64,000 nucleotides of DNA from Muribaculaceae bacterium. GTDB taxonomy: Bacteria > Bacteroidota > Bacteroidia > Bacteroidales > Muribaculaceae. Positions within the stretch are counted from its first letter, which is position 1, and each line of letters starts with the position of its first letter. Position numbers and translations under genes: made by a program. Below the pieces are notes generated by a model. It worked only from the letters and a program-made list of their open reading frames with translations. It ran no database searches and was not told the origin of the DNA. The stretch lies in assembly GCA_022509045.1 (NCBI GenBank), contig JAFLTZ010000002.1, forward strand, positions 2,017 to 66,016, written 5' to 3'. Below, piece after piece: positions 52,534 through 61,300 of this stretch.

Positions 52534-52554
52534 AAATTATGTAGAAATTGTGTA
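52534..52554 (+). promoter_or_regulatory. Candidate operator: two adjacent 10-bp direct repeats offset by 11 bp
   Basis: AAATTATGTA (52534-52543) and AAATTGTGTA (52545-52554). They lie between the regulator stop (52529) and the -7 box at 52578. Confidence 0.35.
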
Positions 52555-52577
52555 AAGTGTTGTTTTGAGCATAATAT

Positions 52578-52585
52578 TATCTTTG
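52578..52585 (+). promoter_or_regulatory. -7 promoter box (TATCTTTG) for the HMA-permease gene
   Basis: Exact TAnnTTTG match 22 nt upstream of ATG 52608. Confidence 0.55.
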
Positions 52586-52607
52586 CGGCATTAAATTGCA
52601 AATAGAT

Positions 52608-53828
52608 ATGGAATTGTTAAATTCATTATTATTTATGCTCAATGAAATGTCTCCATATATTCTTTTGGGGTTCTTCATTGCGGGTGTTATGCATGCATTT
52701 GTTCCTCAGCAAACTTTTGCGCATCACCTTTCGGGTACGGGTTGGAAAGCTGTGGTTAAATCGACCTTGATTGGAATTCCTTTGCCTCTTTGTTCATGTG
52801 GAGTGCTGCCGACAGCTATTGCGATGCATCGTAACGGTGCCTCGCGTGCATCTACCACTTCGTTTTTAATAGCCACTCCACAAACCGGTGTTGATAGTAT
52901 AGCCGCTACATGGTCTCTTCTTGGACCGGCATTTGCCGTTATACGCCCCGTAGCGGCGTTGGTTACCGCTATTTTAGGTGGAGTTGCGGTCGGTAAAACT
53001 GAGCGAGAGGCCCGACAAGATCCGATGTTATCATGTGGTAACAATGCGATGAAACAATCATTTCTAAAAAGGGTACTGTCTGCTTTTAAATATGGATATG
53101 TAGATTTAGTTGGAAGCATAGGGGGTTGGCTCGTAGCGGGACTTATAATAGCTGCACTGATTACTGTATATGTTCCAGCTGATTTTTTCTCCATTTTGGG
53201 CAGCAAACCTATATTTGCGATGATTGCGGTGCTAATTATTGCTGTTCCTATGTATGTGTGTGCCACAGGGTCAATTCCTATAGCTATGTCGTTAATCCTC
53301 AAAGGTCTTTCTCCCGGTACGGCATTAGTGTTACTCATGGCTGGTCCGGCAGCTAATTTTGCATCGTTCACGCTTATCTCTCGTGAAATAGGACGTCGCG
53401 CAGCTCTTATATATTTGGTTTCTATTGTGATTGGTTCCATTATTTTTGGTTTAACAGTTGATTATATGCTCCCATCTGACTGGTTCAATATCAAATTTAC
53501 CCACGGTGAAATGTCATGCCACACACACCAACATTTCAACATGTTATCCACTATATGTTCAGTCGTTATGGTGCTGCTGTTAATCTATTCATTTGTAAAT
53601 AAATATTTTACACATCATATAAAAATCACAGATATGACAAAAGAATACAATGTAAAAGGAGTAGAATGTCGGCATTGTCAAGCTACTGTTACTAAAGCGA
53701 TTGCTAATGTAAAGGGCGTTACACAAGTAGAAGTGGATCTAAAAACAGGCAAAGCTACTGTTGAAGGTAATCACAATGCAGAAGACGTCGTTGCAGCAGT
53801 TAGAGCCGCTGGTTTTGATATTGAATAA
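52608..53828 (+). CDS. Polytopic permease (DUF318/ArsP-like, SO_0444-type putative Cu/Zn efflux family) fused to a C-terminal HMA metal-binding domain
   Basis: About 8-10 TM segments with conserved Cys motifs (PLCSCGVLP, VCATGSIP). The C-terminal 70 aa form an HMA domain with VECRHCQ. I chose the first ATG at 52608; the track start at 52596 is TTG. Confidence 0.75.
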   Translation: MELLNSLLFMLNEMSPYILLGFFIAGVMHAFVPQQTFAHHLSGTGWKAVVKSTLIGIPLPLCSCGVLPTAIAMHRNGASRASTTSFLIATPQTGVDSIAATWSLLGPAFAVIRPVAALVTAILGGVAVGKTEREARQDPMLSCGNNAMKQSFLKRVLSAFKYGYVDLVGSIGGWLVAGLIIAALITVYVPADFFSILGSKPIFAMIAVLIIAVPMYVCATGSIPIAMSLILKGLSPGTALVLLMAGPAANFASFTLISREIGRRAALIYLVSIVIGSIIFGLTVDYMLPSDWFNIKFTHGEMSCHTHQHFNMLSTICSVVMVLLLIYSFVNKYFTHHIKITDMTKEYNVKGVECRHCQATVTKAIANVKGVTQVEVDLKTGKATVEGNHNAEDVVAAVRAAGFDIE

Positions 53829-53922
53829 AGAATTCTAATTTATTTGGCGTTTGTTTTGGCCGGCTGTCCTTAATGTGAGAACAATAGATCGCATATATGG
53901 CGGACTATTCCGAAAAAAGTCT

Positions 53923-53930
53923 TAATTTTG
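53923..53930 (+). promoter_or_regulatory. -7 promoter box (TAATTTTG) for the histidine phosphatase gene
   Basis: Exact TAnnTTTG match 22 nt upstream of ATG 53953. Confidence 0.55.
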
Positions 53931-53952
53931 TATAGAATTATTACTGATAGAT

Positions 53953-55227
53953 ATGAAAAGATTTTTTTCGTTACTCACATTAGGCTCGTACAGTCTCTTC
54001 TGTGCGCTTTTGCTTTGTGCACAGACCTCACGCGAGGAAATGTATGCCAATCTGAAGAATACAGCAGGGGTCTATTTGGCTTATCCTACAGACAAGTCCT
54101 GTAACACACCGGTTCCGAATGGCTATAACCCTTTTTATATTAGCCATATGGGGCGACATGGCTCTCGATACCTGATTAACGAAACAGATTACACAAAGCC
54201 ACTTAACACCTTAAAAAATGCTGAAGAAGCAAATGTGCTTACTTCACTTGGCAAACAAGTGCTTGATAAACTGAAAGAAATCCATGACGAAGCCGATGGT
54301 AGAGCCGGAGATCTTTCACCCCTTGGAGTGGAGCAGCATAAAGCTATTGCAAAACGTATGTATAATGCATATCCTCAGGTTTTTACCAATGATGCTAAAA
54401 TAACAGCTCATTCTACTATGGTTATGCGTTGTGCTATGAGTATGGTATCTTTCTGCGAAGGTCTCAAAGAAAAAAATCCTAAACTTAATATTGTCAAAGA
54501 ACCGAGTAACAGGCATGTGCGTTATTTGTCATTTCAAAATAAGGAAATGAAAGAGTACAATTCCGCATCTGGTCCTTGGAGGAAAGAATATAAGCGTTTT
54601 GAGGAAGAACACACACATCCGCAGCGATTAATGGAAACATTATTTACAGATATTGCGTATGTGTCGCAGAATATAAACTCAAACGATTTGATGTGGCAGT
54701 TGTATTGGATAACTATTGATTTGCAGAATGTAGAAACTCCGGGGAATCTATACACCATTTTTACACCTGAAGAATTATTTGATTTGTGGCAATGTTTCAA
54801 CTACAGAATGTATGCACAAGTAGGTAATTGTTCGCTCAGCAAAGGTGCTGTCATGCAAAGCAGTAAAGTGTTGCTTAACGATATTATCACGCGTGCCGAT
54901 GAAAAAATCAAATCAGGGGACAATGGAGCTGATTTAAGGTTCGGTCATGATGTTAATATAATCCCGCTTGCTGCAATTCTCGGATTCGAAGGTTGTGATG
55001 CATGTGTTGCAATGCCAGAAGATTTATATGGTGTGTTTGCTGACTACAAAGTATCTCCAATGGCAGCAAATATACAGATGATACTTTTCCGTAATAAAAA
55101 GGGCGATGTGATTGCTAAATTTATGCATAATGAAAAGGAAGTGGCTATTCCTATTCCAACATCCACATTCCCATTTTATGAATGGGATGAAGTTAAAGCA
55201 TACTATCAGGGAGTTATTGACAATTAA
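53953..55227 (+). CDS. Secreted branch-2 histidine acid phosphatase (Minpp/phytase-like)
   Basis: Signal peptide, catalytic motif RHGSRY and a downstream HD motif (RFGHDVN). Length is 424 aa. Confidence 0.8.
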   Translation: MKRFFSLLTLGSYSLFCALLLCAQTSREEMYANLKNTAGVYLAYPTDKSCNTPVPNGYNPFYISHMGRHGSRYLINETDYTKPLNTLKNAEEANVLTSLGKQVLDKLKEIHDEADGRAGDLSPLGVEQHKAIAKRMYNAYPQVFTNDAKITAHSTMVMRCAMSMVSFCEGLKEKNPKLNIVKEPSNRHVRYLSFQNKEMKEYNSASGPWRKEYKRFEEEHTHPQRLMETLFTDIAYVSQNINSNDLMWQLYWITIDLQNVETPGNLYTIFTPEELFDLWQCFNYRMYAQVGNCSLSKGAVMQSSKVLLNDIITRADEKIKSGDNGADLRFGHDVNIIPLAAILGFEGCDACVAMPEDLYGVFADYKVSPMAANIQMILFRNKKGDVIAKFMHNEKEVAIPIPTSTFPFYEWDEVKAYYQGVIDN

Positions 55228-55240
55228 TTGTTCTTGAGTA

Positions 55241-56008
55241 ATGGGAAAGAATAAACTCAAAAAATTTGCTGAAATGTCGGAATTTGCTTGTGTACTGCAA
55301 TATCCATTTGCAGTACTCCAAAATGAGGGGGGCTGTCCGATGAAGGGAAATTGGCATAGCGATTATTTTCACAATGAAAATCCTATAGTTCTTGAACTTG
55401 GCTGTGGAAAGGGCGAATACACAGTTGGGCTTGCTCAGAAATTCCGTGATAAGAATTTCATAGGCGTAGATATAAAGGGTGCGAGAATGTACACAGGGGC
55501 TAAACTTGCCGAAACGCAGGGTATGTCAAATGTTGCGTTTCTTCGCACGAGTATAGAGCTTATTGATAATTTTTTCGCACCGAATGAGGTATCGGAGATT
55601 TGGATAACATTTCCGGACCCTCAAATGAAAAAGGTGTCAAAACGACTTACCGGAACTCGATTTATGGAGTTATATCGTAAAATCTTAATTCCGGATGGAA
55701 TGGTCCATCTAAAAACCGATAGTCCGTTCCTATACACATATACAGATGCTATGGTGTCGCTTAATAAATTGCCGGTATGTGTCAAGACTTCTGATTTATA
55801 TGCATCCGGAATAACTGATGATATACTTGAAATAAAAACATTTTATGAGCAACAATGGCTTGATAGGGGACTGCCAATTAAGTATATATCTTTTGAACTT
55901 CCCAAGACACCTGCTTTAGTTGAACCCGAAATAGAAATCGAAGAGGATACATATCGCAGTTTTTCGCGAGGCTACATTCAATGTCCACAATTATTAAAAG
56001 AAAAATAA
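55241..56008 (+). CDS. trmB: tRNA (guanine-N7)-methyltransferase
   Basis: SAM motif [11 protein letters not shown] and TrmB-type WITFPDPQ(M)KK. Confidence 0.88.
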   Translation: MGKNKLKKFAEMSEFACVLQYPFAVLQNEGGCPMKGNWHSDYFHNENPIVLELGCGKGEYTVGLAQKFRDKNFIGVDIKGARMYTGAKLAETQGMSNVAFLRTSIELIDNFFAPNEVSEIWITFPDPQMKKVSKRLTGTRFMELYRKILIPDGMVHLKTDSPFLYTYTDAMVSLNKLPVCVKTSDLYASGITDDILEIKTFYEQQWLDRGLPIKYISFELPKTPALVEPEIEIEEDTYRSFSRGYIQCPQLLKEK

Positions 56009-56017
56009 CTCTGAATT

Positions 56018-57118
56018 ATGACGTTATATCCTGCTCTTATTCTTGAATCTCTTAGGACTGTTCGTTATCCTGGTAACGGAAAAAATCTGGTTGAAAACAA
56101 TATGGTTGAAGACGACATACGTATCAATGGTAACTCTGTGTCGTTCTCGCTCGTTTTCGACAAGAATCCTGACCCATTTGCCGCCAGTGTGGTCAAAGCG
56201 GCGAAAGCTGCTATTATCATGACGGCCGGAAACGATGTGGATGTAAATATAGCCATGACATTCCGAAAAAACATTCCTGTAACTACTATGAAACTGCTTC
56301 CGGAAGTAAAAAATATCATAGGAGTATCTTCCGGAAAAGGGGGAGTAGGAAAATCTACTGTTGCGGTGAATTTAGCTGTGTCTCTTGCTCAGCTAGGCTA
56401 CAAGGTGGGGTTGCTCGATGCTGATATTTTCGGTCCGTCAGTACCAAAAATGTTTGGAGTTGAGGATGAAACGGTATATGCTGAGCATCAGCAAGACGGA
56501 AAAGATCTCATTCTTCCTATGGAAGTTTATGGTGTAAAAATCTTGTCGATAGGATTTCTTGTTAATAAGGATGACGCTGTTCTTTGGCGTGGTGGCATGG
56601 CTTCTAATGCGTTAAAACAACTTATTTCCGAAGCGAAATGGGGTGCGCTCGATTATTTCATTATTGATATGCCTCCAGGTACAAGTGATATTCATCTCAC
56701 ACTTGTGCAAACTCTTGCTATAACTGGCGCAATAGTTGTAAGCACTCCGCAACAAGTAGCTTTAGCTGATGCACGAAAGGGAATAAGTATGTTTCGGGCA
56801 CCTAAGGTGAATGTGCCTATCCTTGGATTAGTTGAAAACATGGCATATTTCACGCCTGCTACGCACCCGGAAGAACGCTATTATATATTTGGAAAAGATG
56901 GGGCAAAACAACTTGCAGAAGAGCTGCATGTGGACTTGCTTGGTGAAATACCACTTGTTGCAAGTATTTGTGATGGAGGCGACCGTGGTACGCCTGTGGC
57001 AATAGGGAATTCAGTTTCCGGAGTAGCCTTTAGGGAACTTGCGCAAAAGGTTGTATTGGCAATCGATAATCGTAATGCTGTTTTCCCACCCACTGAAAAA
57101 GTAGAATTTTCACACTAA
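56018..57118 (+). CDS. apbC: Mrp/NBP35-family Fe-S cluster carrier ATPase
   Basis: N-terminal DUF59-like segment, deviant Walker A SGKGGVGKSTVAVNLA, and the Mrp signature region. Confidence 0.9.
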   Translation: MTLYPALILESLRTVRYPGNGKNLVENNMVEDDIRINGNSVSFSLVFDKNPDPFAASVVKAAKAAIIMTAGNDVDVNIAMTFRKNIPVTTMKLLPEVKNIIGVSSGKGGVGKSTVAVNLAVSLAQLGYKVGLLDADIFGPSVPKMFGVEDETVYAEHQQDGKDLILPMEVYGVKILSIGFLVNKDDAVLWRGGMASNALKQLISEAKWGALDYFIIDMPPGTSDIHLTLVQTLAITGAIVVSTPQQVALADARKGISMFRAPKVNVPILGLVENMAYFTPATHPEERYYIFGKDGAKQLAEELHVDLLGEIPLVASICDGGDRGTPVAIGNSVSGVAFRELAQKVVLAIDNRNAVFPPTEKVEFSH

Positions 57119-57143
57119 TTATAAAAATAAAATACTTATATAT

Positions 57144-59999
57144 ATGAAATTGAAGAATATTATAACATCGGTTGCGTTGATTATTTCATCTGTAACATTG
57201 TGTGCTCAATCACAATTACAAATCCCGGAACTTACGGACCCTAATGTGCGTTCTGGTAAATTACAAAACGGACTTTCATACTACATTCTCCACAATGAGT
57301 TTCCTAAAGGGCAAGCTAACTTTCATATAGCACAAAAAGTAGGGGCTGTACAGGAAGAGGAAAATCAAAACGGACTTGCTCATTTCCTCGAACACATGTG
57401 TTTCAACGGGACCAAAAATTTCCCGGATAAATCATTGCTCACTTGGCTTGAATCGATTGGTGTGAAATTTGGATACAATCTCAATGCGCATACAGGTACA
57501 GATGAGACTGTTTATGATATTACGAATGTGCCTGTCGCAAGGGAATCTATTATTGACTCATGCTTGCTAATTCTTCACGACTGGGCTAATGCTCTCACTC
57601 TTGCTGATGAGGAAATAGAGAAAGAACGAGGAGTCATTCATGAGGAATGGCGTACAGGTAATGGTGCAATATCGCGAATGCTTAATCGTCATGCTTCCGA
57701 ACTATATCCCGGCACTAAATATGCCACTCACGATGTGATTGGTTCAATGGATATTATAGATAATTTCCCGCCACAAGTGCTTCGCGATTATTATTATAGA
57801 TGGTATCGTCCGGATTTGCAAGGCATTATTGTGGTAGGTGATATTGATGTGGATTTGATTGAGAATAAAATAAAAAACATGTTCTCTTCCATACAAATGC
57901 CGCAAAATCCTGCTGAGTTTACATATCAGCAGGTCGCTGATAATGAGAATCCGATTATTATTAGTGATAAAGATGCCGAGATGCAATATAATATTCTTAT
58001 TATTGCTCAGAAATTTGACATTCTGCCGCGTCAAATTCGTAATACTCAAGCTTCCTTTGTTAATGACTACATGAAATTTGTAGTATCAAATGTCATCAAT
58101 GAACGGTTTGTTGATATATCCATGGGACAAGACCCTCCATTTGCCGGCTGTCAGGCTGCCTTCTCGGCATTTTTATATGCAAATACTAAAGGCTCTCTGA
58201 TGATACAGGCTATGGTTAATGACAAAGGGACAGAGGTTGCGGAAAGTGCTGTACTTACCGAACTTCTTCGATTAAAACGTTTTGGTATCACACCATCAGA
58301 ATACGATCGCGCTCGAACAGAGTATCTGAGCTTTATAGAAAAGTTGTATAACAACAGAAACTCTGATAAAAATGCTTCCCATGCACAACGATTGATTAAT
58401 CATTTTATTGATAACGAGCCTATTGCAGACGTTTCTGCAGAGTATGAATTTATTACTAAACTTGCCCCGATGCTTCCGGTTGAAGCAATAAATCAATATG
58501 TTGCGTCACTATTCATTCCGGAGGATAAAGATCCGAGTGTAGCAGTATCAGAGTATCCCAATTTAGGATATAATCTTGTAATATTTTCTTTGGCACCCGA
58601 CAAAGAGGGCGTAGTTTGTCCAAATGTCGAAACTCTCACAGCCGTGCTAAATGATGTCAATAATACACAAATAGAAGCTTATGTTGATAATGTGGTAACA
58701 GAACCTCTTCTTGCGAATTTGCCGGCTAAAGGTTCTGTTGTTAGCAGTACTGTGAACGATGTGTTAGGCTACACAATCCTCAATCTCTCAAATGGAGCAA
58801 AGGTAATTCTTAAACCGACTGATTTCAAAGATAATGAAATTTTACTCCACGCTATTAGTTTTGGAGGTGCTTCAATGCATTCCGATAGCGAATATCCATC
58901 GGCTATACTTGCCAACGATATTATTAGCAACACCGGGTTAGCGCAATTTTCATTGACAGACCTTATGAAGCTTACATCTGGTATCCAGGCAAATGTGTCG
59001 CTTAATATTGATGATTATTCAGAAACTGTTTCCGGAAGAACTACGGTAAAAGATGTCGAAACTATGATGCAACTTTTGTACCTTGCATTCACTGCTCCTC
59101 GCGAGGATAGACAGGCTTTTGAAAATGTCAAGAAACTATATACAGACCAGCTTGCCAACGTCGCTCTCAGCCCTGAATTTATATATCAGGATTCAACATC
59201 CCGTATTATGTACAATTACCATCCTCGTGCTCATGTGGTTGACGCCGACTTCATAGGCAAGGTAGATTATGATACAGCGCTGAAGATTTATAAAGAACGG
59301 TTTGGTAATGCAGCTGATTTTACATTTACTATCGTAGGTAGCTTCACAATAGAGCAGATGATACCTCTTGTTGAACAATATATAGCATCGTTGCCAGCCA
59401 ATGGAGATAAGGAGGTTAGAAAAGATATCGGAAAAGATTTTGTTAAAGGGAATGTGAGAAAACAGTTTGTTTATCCAAACGAAGGGCAAAAGGCAATTTT
59501 CTCAATGTTGTGGCATGCTGATAAGCCTAATACTCTCGAAAATAGAATTATGGCAAGTATTACCGGGCAAATTATGTCGAACAATCTGCTCGCGTCTGTT
59601 CGTGAGGATGAAGGTGCTGCATATAGCCCGATGTCGAGAGGATATCTCAACCATGATGTTAATGACTATGTAATTGTGCGTACTGCCTTTAGTTTGAATC
59701 CGGATAAATACAAGACGAGCGAAGAGCTCACCACTAAAGCGTTAGAAACGCTTGCTTATAGTATTCCGGATTCTGAATTAGCTAAAATGAAAGAATACAT
59801 GCTAAAACAAATTGAAGAAAATGTTAAAGAGAATAGCTATTGGATGCACATAATTGAAAATAACGAAGTTGAAGGCATTGATTCCCACACTCAATATCGT
59901 GATATAGTTAAAAATGTCACCACCAAGGATATTCAGAAATTTGTCAAAGAAATCCTTGAACAAGGCAATTGCATAGAAATTTTGATGCTCCCGAACTAA
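57144..59999 (+). CDS. Secreted M16-family (insulinase/pitrilysin-like) zinc peptidase, two-half architecture
   Basis: Signal peptide, inverted zinc motif HFLEH followed by ...E downstream. Length is 951 aa. Confidence 0.88.
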   Translation: MKLKNIITSVALIISSVTLCAQSQLQIPELTDPNVRSGKLQNGLSYYILHNEFPKGQANFHIAQKVGAVQEEENQNGLAHFLEHMCFNGTKNFPDKSLLTWLESIGVKFGYNLNAHTGTDETVYDITNVPVARESIIDSCLLILHDWANALTLADEEIEKERGVIHEEWRTGNGAISRMLNRHASELYPGTKYATHDVIGSMDIIDNFPPQVLRDYYYRWYRPDLQGIIVVGDIDVDLIENKIKNMFSSIQMPQNPAEFTYQQVADNENPIIISDKDAEMQYNILIIAQKFDILPRQIRNTQASFVNDYMKFVVSNVINERFVDISMGQDPPFAGCQAAFSAFLYANTKGSLMIQAMVNDKGTEVAESAVLTELLRLKRFGITPSEYDRARTEYLSFIEKLYNNRNSDKNASHAQRLINHFIDNEPIADVSAEYEFITKLAPMLPVEAINQYVASLFIPEDKDPSVAVSEYPNLGYNLVIFSLAPDKEGVVCPNVETLTAVLNDVNNTQIEAYVDNVVTEPLLANLPAKGSVVSSTVNDVLGYTILNLSNGAKVILKPTDFKDNEILLHAISFGGASMHSDSEYPSAILANDIISNTGLAQFSLTDLMKLTSGIQANVSLNIDDYSETVSGRTTVKDVETMMQLLYLAFTAPREDRQAFENVKKLYTDQLANVALSPEFIYQDSTSRIMYNYHPRAHVVDADFIGKVDYDTALKIYKERFGNAADFTFTIVGSFTIEQMIPLVEQYIASLPANGDKEVRKDIGKDFVKGNVRKQFVYPNEGQKAIFSMLWHADKPNTLENRIMASITGQIMSNNLLASVREDEGAAYSPMSRGYLNHDVNDYVIVRTAFSLNPDKYKTSEELTTKALETLAYSIPDSELAKMKEYMLKQIEENVKENSYWMHIIENNEVEGIDSHTQYRDIVKNVTTKDIQKFVKEILEQGNCIEILMLPN

Positions 60000-60009
60000 T
60001 CTGATATTG

Positions 60010-61293
60010 ATGGAGGATATTTTGCAATACGTGTGGCAACACCGCCTTTGGCAGCATGGTGAGCTTACCACTAATGATGGTAAGCCCATCTATGTTATTG
60101 ACACCGGATTGCTTAATACCGATTCGGGACCTGATTTTTTTAATGCGAAGATTAAAATAGGGAATCAGATTTGGGCAGGAAATGTGGAAATACATGTGAG
60201 GGCTTCCGATTGGTATAGACATAATCATCACACAGATTTGGCCTATAATTCTGTCATTTTACATGTGGTGGCAAAAGATGATTGTGAAATTCAACGTGCC
60301 GATGGAAAGGTGATTCCGCAGTGTGTGCTCAATGTGTCTCCGCAATTTTTTGAGCGATATAATACACTTGTCGATACTACCCGTATGCAACCGTGTGTTG
60401 CGAGAATTAATGAGATTCCCTCAATGTATCTGCATGACTGGATTGATTCTCTTGCATTTGAACGAATAAATGCTAAAGCTGAGCGTATCAAAAATCTTTT
60501 GAATATATATTCAGGTTCGTGGGAAGATATTTGCTATGTAACGTTGGCTCGGAGTCTTGGTTTTGGAATTAATAACGATGCATTTGAAAGATTGGCTCGT
60601 CGCACACCGTTTAATTTGGTAGGGAAGATTTCGGATTCTTTATTACAAATTGAGGCTCTCCTTTTTGGTCAAGCGGGTTTGCTTACACCTGGTTTATATC
60701 CTCATGACGGTTATTACAATCACTTATGTTCGGAATATGCATATCTTGCCAATCGATTTTCTCTTTCTCCCATGGATGGCTCCGTGTGGAAGTTTTTTAG
60801 AATACGACCTCAAAATTTTCCTGTTAGGCGTATCGCTCTGTTGGCTCGTCTATTGCTTGGAGGATTCCGTATGATGAATGCTATGATGGAAACTGCCACT
60901 GTGGAGGAGTTACGCGATTTAATTAATCGTCCGCTTGACGGATATTGGGCTTCTCATTATAGTTTTGAGCATGCATCGGCCACTACTACATGTGCTTTAA
61001 GCAAAAGTGCTACGGATATACTTATCATTAACACGGTAGTACCGTTGTTATATGCCTATGGCGAATATTATGGGTTGAAAACACACACACAACGAGCTGT
61101 TGATTTTCTCGAAGAGATGCAACCTGAGAAGAATTCTATAGTACAACAATTTACCGATGCCGGTATGAAAATTCACAACGCTTTCGAATCACAGGCTTTA
61201 ATTCAGCTGCGCCGTGAATATTGCGAACCTCGAAAGTGTATATATTGCCGTATAGGGCATCGACTTTTGTCGCATGATGCATCTGCTTTATAG
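60010..61293 (+). CDS. DUF2851-like protein of unknown function
   Basis: N-terminal QYVWQHRLW...GPDFFNAKIKI...GNVEIHVRASDW pattern and C-terminal Cys cluster CEPRKCIYC. It starts about 10 nt after the M16 stop. The family assignment is from memory. Confidence 0.6.
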   Translation: MEDILQYVWQHRLWQHGELTTNDGKPIYVIDTGLLNTDSGPDFFNAKIKIGNQIWAGNVEIHVRASDWYRHNHHTDLAYNSVILHVVAKDDCEIQRADGKVIPQCVLNVSPQFFERYNTLVDTTRMQPCVARINEIPSMYLHDWIDSLAFERINAKAERIKNLLNIYSGSWEDICYVTLARSLGFGINNDAFERLARRTPFNLVGKISDSLLQIEALLFGQAGLLTPGLYPHDGYYNHLCSEYAYLANRFSLSPMDGSVWKFFRIRPQNFPVRRIALLARLLLGGFRMMNAMMETATVEELRDLINRPLDGYWASHYSFEHASATTTCALSKSATDILIINTVVPLLYAYGEYYGLKTHTQRAVDFLEEMQPEKNSIVQQFTDAGMKIHNAFESQALIQLRREYCEPRKCIYCRIGHRLLSHDASAL

Positions 61294-61300
61294 AGCGTTG

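Noticed and set aside
52724-53440. A 238-aa ORF antisense to the HMA-permease gene
   Set aside because: It lies entirely inside a well-supported membrane-protein gene on the other strand. Its product has the Ala/Ile/Thr/Pro-rich composition expected from reading a hydrophobic gene backwards. It has no promoter box or recognisable motif.
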